A stretch of 20,000 nucleotides of DNA from an uncultured virus (IMG/VR IMGVR_UViG_3300020051_001048) (lineage: Duplodnaviria; Heunggongvirae; Uroviricota; Caudoviricetes), in IMG/VR virus record IMGVR_UViG_3300020051_001048, one strand, 5' to 3'. The notes below the pieces were generated by a model. That model did no database searches. It was not told where the DNA came from and worked only from the letters and a program-made list of their open reading frames with translations. Below, in pieces: positions 16,675 through 20,000 of this stretch; within the stretch, counting starts at the first letter, position 1; the number at the start of each line of letters is the position of its first letter. Made by a program: the position numbers and the translations under genes.

Positions 16675-17257
16675 AATCGAACCTTTCTAAAATGTGTTGA
16701 CAACTCTGGTCTATAAATTGTAGGCTACTTCCGTTCAGTAAATCTTGGGTTTGTTCTAGCTTTCGAGAAGCATTTCTACGCCTATTAATAAATTTTTTTA
16801 CATCTTCTTTTATGGGAATATCGTAAAGGTCGGCCAACTGATTCATTGACTGCTCCAAATTTTCAAATTTAAATATTTGTTTACATTCTTTGTCTGTTCC
16901 GATACCATAAAACCTATCAAAGTGATTACCAAGTTGAAAAACATCTTCTCCTTTGCACTTCTGTATGAATTCATTGATATCATTTGATCTAAGACGCTCA
17001 AAAGAGGTGGTAGAGATTTTCCAATTTACTGTGTGCATAAAGTGGAACATGGAAACGTACCAAGAAACAGGATGCCTAATAAAACCAAAGCTATTGCAAC
17101 CTTCTGGTAATTCTTCAACCCCCAAATGTCCTCCATTTTTCGTATAATTTATAGGTTTAAAATTGCACTTGTTTAATATCTCAGAAACCCACCAACCTCC
17201 ACATTTTTCTAAATGTAGAAATGCAATGTTCTTTTCTTTATTTATCATAGATGGCAT
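16655..17257 (-). CDS. Sulfotransferase family protein (Sulfotransfer_2-like)
   Basis: FLHLEKCGG resembles the 5'-PSB loop FxHIPKTGG, FIRHPVSWYVS resembles the 3'-PB motif RxPxxRxxS, and FKFENLEQ is also typical. Confidence 0.65.
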   Translation of the reverse strand: MPSMINKEKNIAFLHLEKCGGWWVSEILNKCNFKPINYTKNGGHLGVEELPEGCNSFGFIRHPVSWYVSMFHFMHTVNWKISTTSFERLRSNDINEFIQKCKGEDVFQLGNHFDRFYGIGTDKECKQIFKFENLEQSMNQLADLYDIPIKEDVKKFINRRRNASRKLEQTQDLLNGSSLQFIDQSCQHILERFDYDLLSL

Positions 17258-19182
17258 TAGAGTGTCACCCCCTCATTTATTGATATAACATAAGTATTTT
17301 TAATTTTATTTTTAGCAATTAGTCTAGATTGATGGGGGCAGCTTTCTATGAAATAAACTGGTTTAATTTTTTCACTAGGGGTGGTTATCGCATAGTTATT
17401 AAAGACTTTTGACTTGTATTCTCCAACATTCTTCAGGTGGTTTATATCTCTTTCTTCTTTTGTTCCGTTAAACATTATTAATTCGTTGTATTTTATACCA
17501 TGCTTTTTTAGCCATTCTTCTGTTTGAGGTCTGTATTTTTCAAGTCTACCCGTACATATTGCCATACAATTAAATAATTTTGGAATTCTTGAATTAATTG
17601 GTAATACATCGGTGAGCCATTTTTCATATTCATTTTGATTTTCCGCCACTTCATAGGGGCAGTCTTTACAAAAAACACCGTCTAAATCAAATATTCCATA
17701 CAGAGATGTGTGAGCATTGAAAAAATTCCATTCTAATACATGGGGATATGGCGCACATACATTGGCTATATCTAATATATTTTTACCGTCAACACACATT
17801 GGGTGTGAATAAATTGTTGTATATAGGAACTTTTCCTTTGGGTACTTCTTATTAAACAACTCTTTTGTTCTCATAATTTCAGCGCCACTATAACTAGTGT
17901 CATCTACAACTAAATAAGGTAAAGATTTATTTTCGTTGAACATTTTCATTCTAGATCCACCATCTTTTGATCTGGTAGAGTGTAGCTTCTTTATTTCTCC
18001 TTCAGAGACGCTGTATAAAGGCACAGACATGTTGACCGAAATCACTGAGGCTGGTATCATTCCCGATCTCGGCAACCCAATTACACCTTTTATTGGCGGT
18101 AATTTCTCGCATAGTTTTGTAGATTCTTCTACTAGGTCTTTAGTCGTTAGAAACTTTCCCGGTTCGATAAAACTAATATCGCTATGTGATTTTAGGATTT
18201 TTTCTTTTTCTTCATTATCCCAAGGTAGACTGATTTGGTTACAATTTTTAACTTTATTTGGTGACTTCATTTCATAATTTCCAGATATTATCCTTTTTAG
18301 GATCTCCATTCGATATTCATGCGGTCTAGCGGCATTTATATGTATGAATTGAGGTTTAAAAAATTCACTATTGAGTAGACTCCAAAATTCTGGATCTATA
18401 AATTCTAGATTATACTTTTTACTGAGGATAAAATATTCTTCTGGCTTTAGGTTTATTCCCATTAAATGTTGGTCATATGTCCATATATTTTTATATACAG
18501 GATTGTTTATAGAGTAATTGTCCGCATATTTATGCGGTAGAAGCAGAATTCCAGCTTGGGGTTGTAGGTGATACGTAAATTTCTTACCAAGAATTGTACA
18601 TAAATACTGCCTAACGTTCTTAAAGCTTTTGTAGAATTTCTCATCTTTTTGTACTGTTTCTACTTCGTTTGTAAAGCACATTTTATGTGAATGTGGGTGT
18701 TCAAACAAGTTTTGGGCGTTTTTCGTGACTATGATATCACAGTCTAAGTATAGAGTTTTTTCGTAGTGTCTGACTACATTTTTTAGCCTATACTTATTAC
18801 CAAGCCCCCACTCTGGACACTTGTCACCTGTAAGCTCTACGTAATCGGCGCCGCACTTTTTTGCATACTCTATAATATTTTGCCTAGTAATCTCCAATTG
18901 TTCTTCACAATGCTTGTTACCGGCTATTGTGCAGATTGCATTTTTATTAGAAGGTGTCGGAATATCTTCTTCAAGTTGATCAAAGTTTATATGATACTCT
19001 TGAAAAAGAGATGCAGTTTGAAAATTATTGATATTAATCTTGCTAGATAATTCTAGATAATTTTCTCTTTCTTCTTTTGTTGCATCTTGACACCATTTCC
19101 AGTTAGGCGGCGATTCACCCATAACTTTACCAAAGACGGAGCAGAACCCCGCCTTTTCGCAATTACATTTAGATAGATCCAC
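17257..19182 (-). CDS. Multidomain enzyme: Cys-rich N-terminus, GT8-like glycosyltransferase, type I phosphoribosyltransferase-like domain and HAD phosphatase
   Basis: CNCEKAGFC...WCQ; KTLYLDCDIIV...QAGILLL...DQ...FIH; GVIGLPRSGMIPAS...LVVDDTSYSG; IFDLDGVFC...ICTGR...TEEWLKKHGIKYNELIM...K...FIES. GTG start abuts the upstream TAA. Confidence 0.75.
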   Translation of the reverse strand: MDLSKCNCEKAGFCSVFGKVMGESPPNWKWCQDATKEERENYLELSSKININNFQTASLFQEYHINFDQLEEDIPTPSNKNAICTIAGNKHCEEQLEITRQNIIEYAKKCGADYVELTGDKCPEWGLGNKYRLKNVVRHYEKTLYLDCDIIVTKNAQNLFEHPHSHKMCFTNEVETVQKDEKFYKSFKNVRQYLCTILGKKFTYHLQPQAGILLLPHKYADNYSINNPVYKNIWTYDQHLMGINLKPEEYFILSKKYNLEFIDPEFWSLLNSEFFKPQFIHINAARPHEYRMEILKRIISGNYEMKSPNKVKNCNQISLPWDNEEKEKILKSHSDISFIEPGKFLTTKDLVEESTKLCEKLPPIKGVIGLPRSGMIPASVISVNMSVPLYSVSEGEIKKLHSTRSKDGGSRMKMFNENKSLPYLVVDDTSYSGAEIMRTKELFNKKYPKEKFLYTTIYSHPMCVDGKNILDIANVCAPYPHVLEWNFFNAHTSLYGIFDLDGVFCKDCPYEVAENQNEYEKWLTDVLPINSRIPKLFNCMAICTGRLEKYRPQTEEWLKKHGIKYNELIMFNGTKEERDINHLKNVGEYKSKVFNNYAITTPSEKIKPVYFIESCPHQSRLIAKNKIKNTYVISINEGVTL

Positions 19183-19482
19183 TTAAAATAATCCTGAGTC
19201 CTTAGCGAAAAATCCTATAACACCAGCGCAAGCCGCAACCAGTAACAACCCAAGCCAGTAAGTTATACCACCATTATAAGTTATGATTCGGTATTTTGGA
19301 ATATCTTCTTTATTTCTTTTTGCTCTAATATTTGCTTTTAGTATATCAGAGTCAGTAAAAAGCAATTCCTCAAGTTTTCCAGTGCTGTCCTCTACAACGA
19401 TCATATTGTAATGATCGTTTGCCGCACCTTTCTTTTCTTGATTTTTAATACGATATATCTTACCAGCTTGAATGTTATGCAT
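19183..19482 (-). CDS. Small hypothetical protein with a C-terminal transmembrane helix
   Basis: 99 aa with a GGAG SD upstream. Hydrophobic segment ITYWLGLLLVAACAGVIGFFA near the C-terminus. Confidence 0.7.
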   Translation of the reverse strand: MHNIQAGKIYRIKNQEKKGAANDHYNMIVVEDSTGKLEELLFTDSDILKANIRAKRNKEDIPKYRIITYNGGITYWLGLLLVAACAGVIGFFAKDSGLF

Positions 19483-19491
19483 GATTATCTC

Positions 19492-20000
19492 CTACCAAGC
19501 TCTACATGACCAGTACCTTGCTTTCCAACGAGGGCCGGGGTTACTACAGTTGTGACGCGCTCTGAAGTTCTTACGGCGACCGGGATCGCTTTTCTTGATC
19601 TTCATGTTTGGATCGCCAAAGCGAACGATAACGACTTTACCGCTTCCGTTTCTAACGTAGACGGCACTTTTCTTTGGTCCACCGGGAGTTCTAAAAGGTT
19701 TTCCGAGTTGGACTTTGCGACCTTGATATTCGGCGGCATATGCTTCGCCCCCTTTGCGAGCTTCTACAAAGTCATAAATATTTTGAATATAAATTTCTGC
19801 TTTAGAAATCATATCCTTTGTCCAATCTTCAAACTTGACACCCTCAAGATATTCCTCTATCTCCATAAGTTGATGGTGCATCTTCATGAGTTGCTCGCGT
19901 TGCATTTGACCTTCGTCGTATTCAGCAACGGCTTGCTTCCACAAAGATTGCGCCTTTTTCCATGATTCAGGATCAGGACGATCCTTGTCGCCTTTTTTGG
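19492..20000 (-). CDS. DUF6321-like domain modular phage protein, 5'-truncated by the window edge
   Basis: C-terminal EYQGRKVQLGKPFRTPGGPKKSAVYV...FGDPNMKIKKSDPGRRKNFRARHNC...KARYWSCRAW, which I recognise as DUF6321-like. The frame stays open upstream of the track start (KKGDKDRPDPESWKKAQSLWKQ), so the gene begins beyond 20000. Confidence 0.7.
   Translation of the reverse strand, partial: KKGDKDRPDPESWKKAQSLWKQAVAEYDEGQMQREQLMKMHHQLMEIEEYLEGVKFEDWTKDMISKAEIYIQNIYDFVEARKGGEAYAAEYQGRKVQLGKPFRTPGGPKKSAVYVRNGSGKVVIVRFGDPNMKIKKSDPGRRKNFRARHNCSNPGPRWKARYWSCRAW

Noticed and set aside
1..20000. Alternative genetic code (TAG/TGA recoding, as in some large phages)
   Set aside because: Standard code 11 gives near-complete coding density, and TAA, TAG and TGA all end genes exactly where the next gene starts.
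1..20000. Eukaryotic giant virus origin, suggested by the many GTs and the GT15-like gene
   Set aside because: SD sequences, overlapping operonic genes, sigma70-like promoters, a C-family DnaE and a bacterial-type SSB point to a phage or other prokaryotic replicon.
1..20000. CRISPR arrays, tRNAs, tandem repeats, IS elements, intrinsic terminators
   Set aside because: Intergenic gaps are all under about 70 nt. I saw no repeat-spacer pattern, cloverleaf, transposase or convincing GC hairpin with a U-tract by eye.

Overview
AT-rich, gene-dense window with every credible gene on the minus strand, mostly abutting or overlapping, with Shine-Dalgarno motifs and sigma70-like promoters. It is most consistent with a large (jumbo-type) bacteriophage genome, which is an inference from gene content. 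In transcription order (20000 to 1): a partial DUF6321-type modular protein; a small membrane protein; a GT8-like/PRTase/HAD fusion; a sulfotransferase; a methyltransferase; then a replication cassette in which DNA polymerase III alpha (dnaE) is split into two intein-free genes (PHP+palm half and fingers+HhH+OB half), separated by a DEDDh proofreading exonuclease (dnaQ-like) and an HNH endonuclease that has an N-terminal QLTLF clamp-binding-like motif. A short tail-less SSB follows, heading a long glycan-modification run: three GT4s, a GT15/Kre2-like mannosyltransferase, an FkbM methyltransferase, GT2, a CgeB-like GT, several degenerate enzyme folds, and a Gfo/Idh/MocA oxidoreductase that is missing from the ORF track and runs off the left edge. 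No rRNA, tRNA, CRISPR array or IS element was seen. All family calls come from motif recognition by eye; no searches were run.
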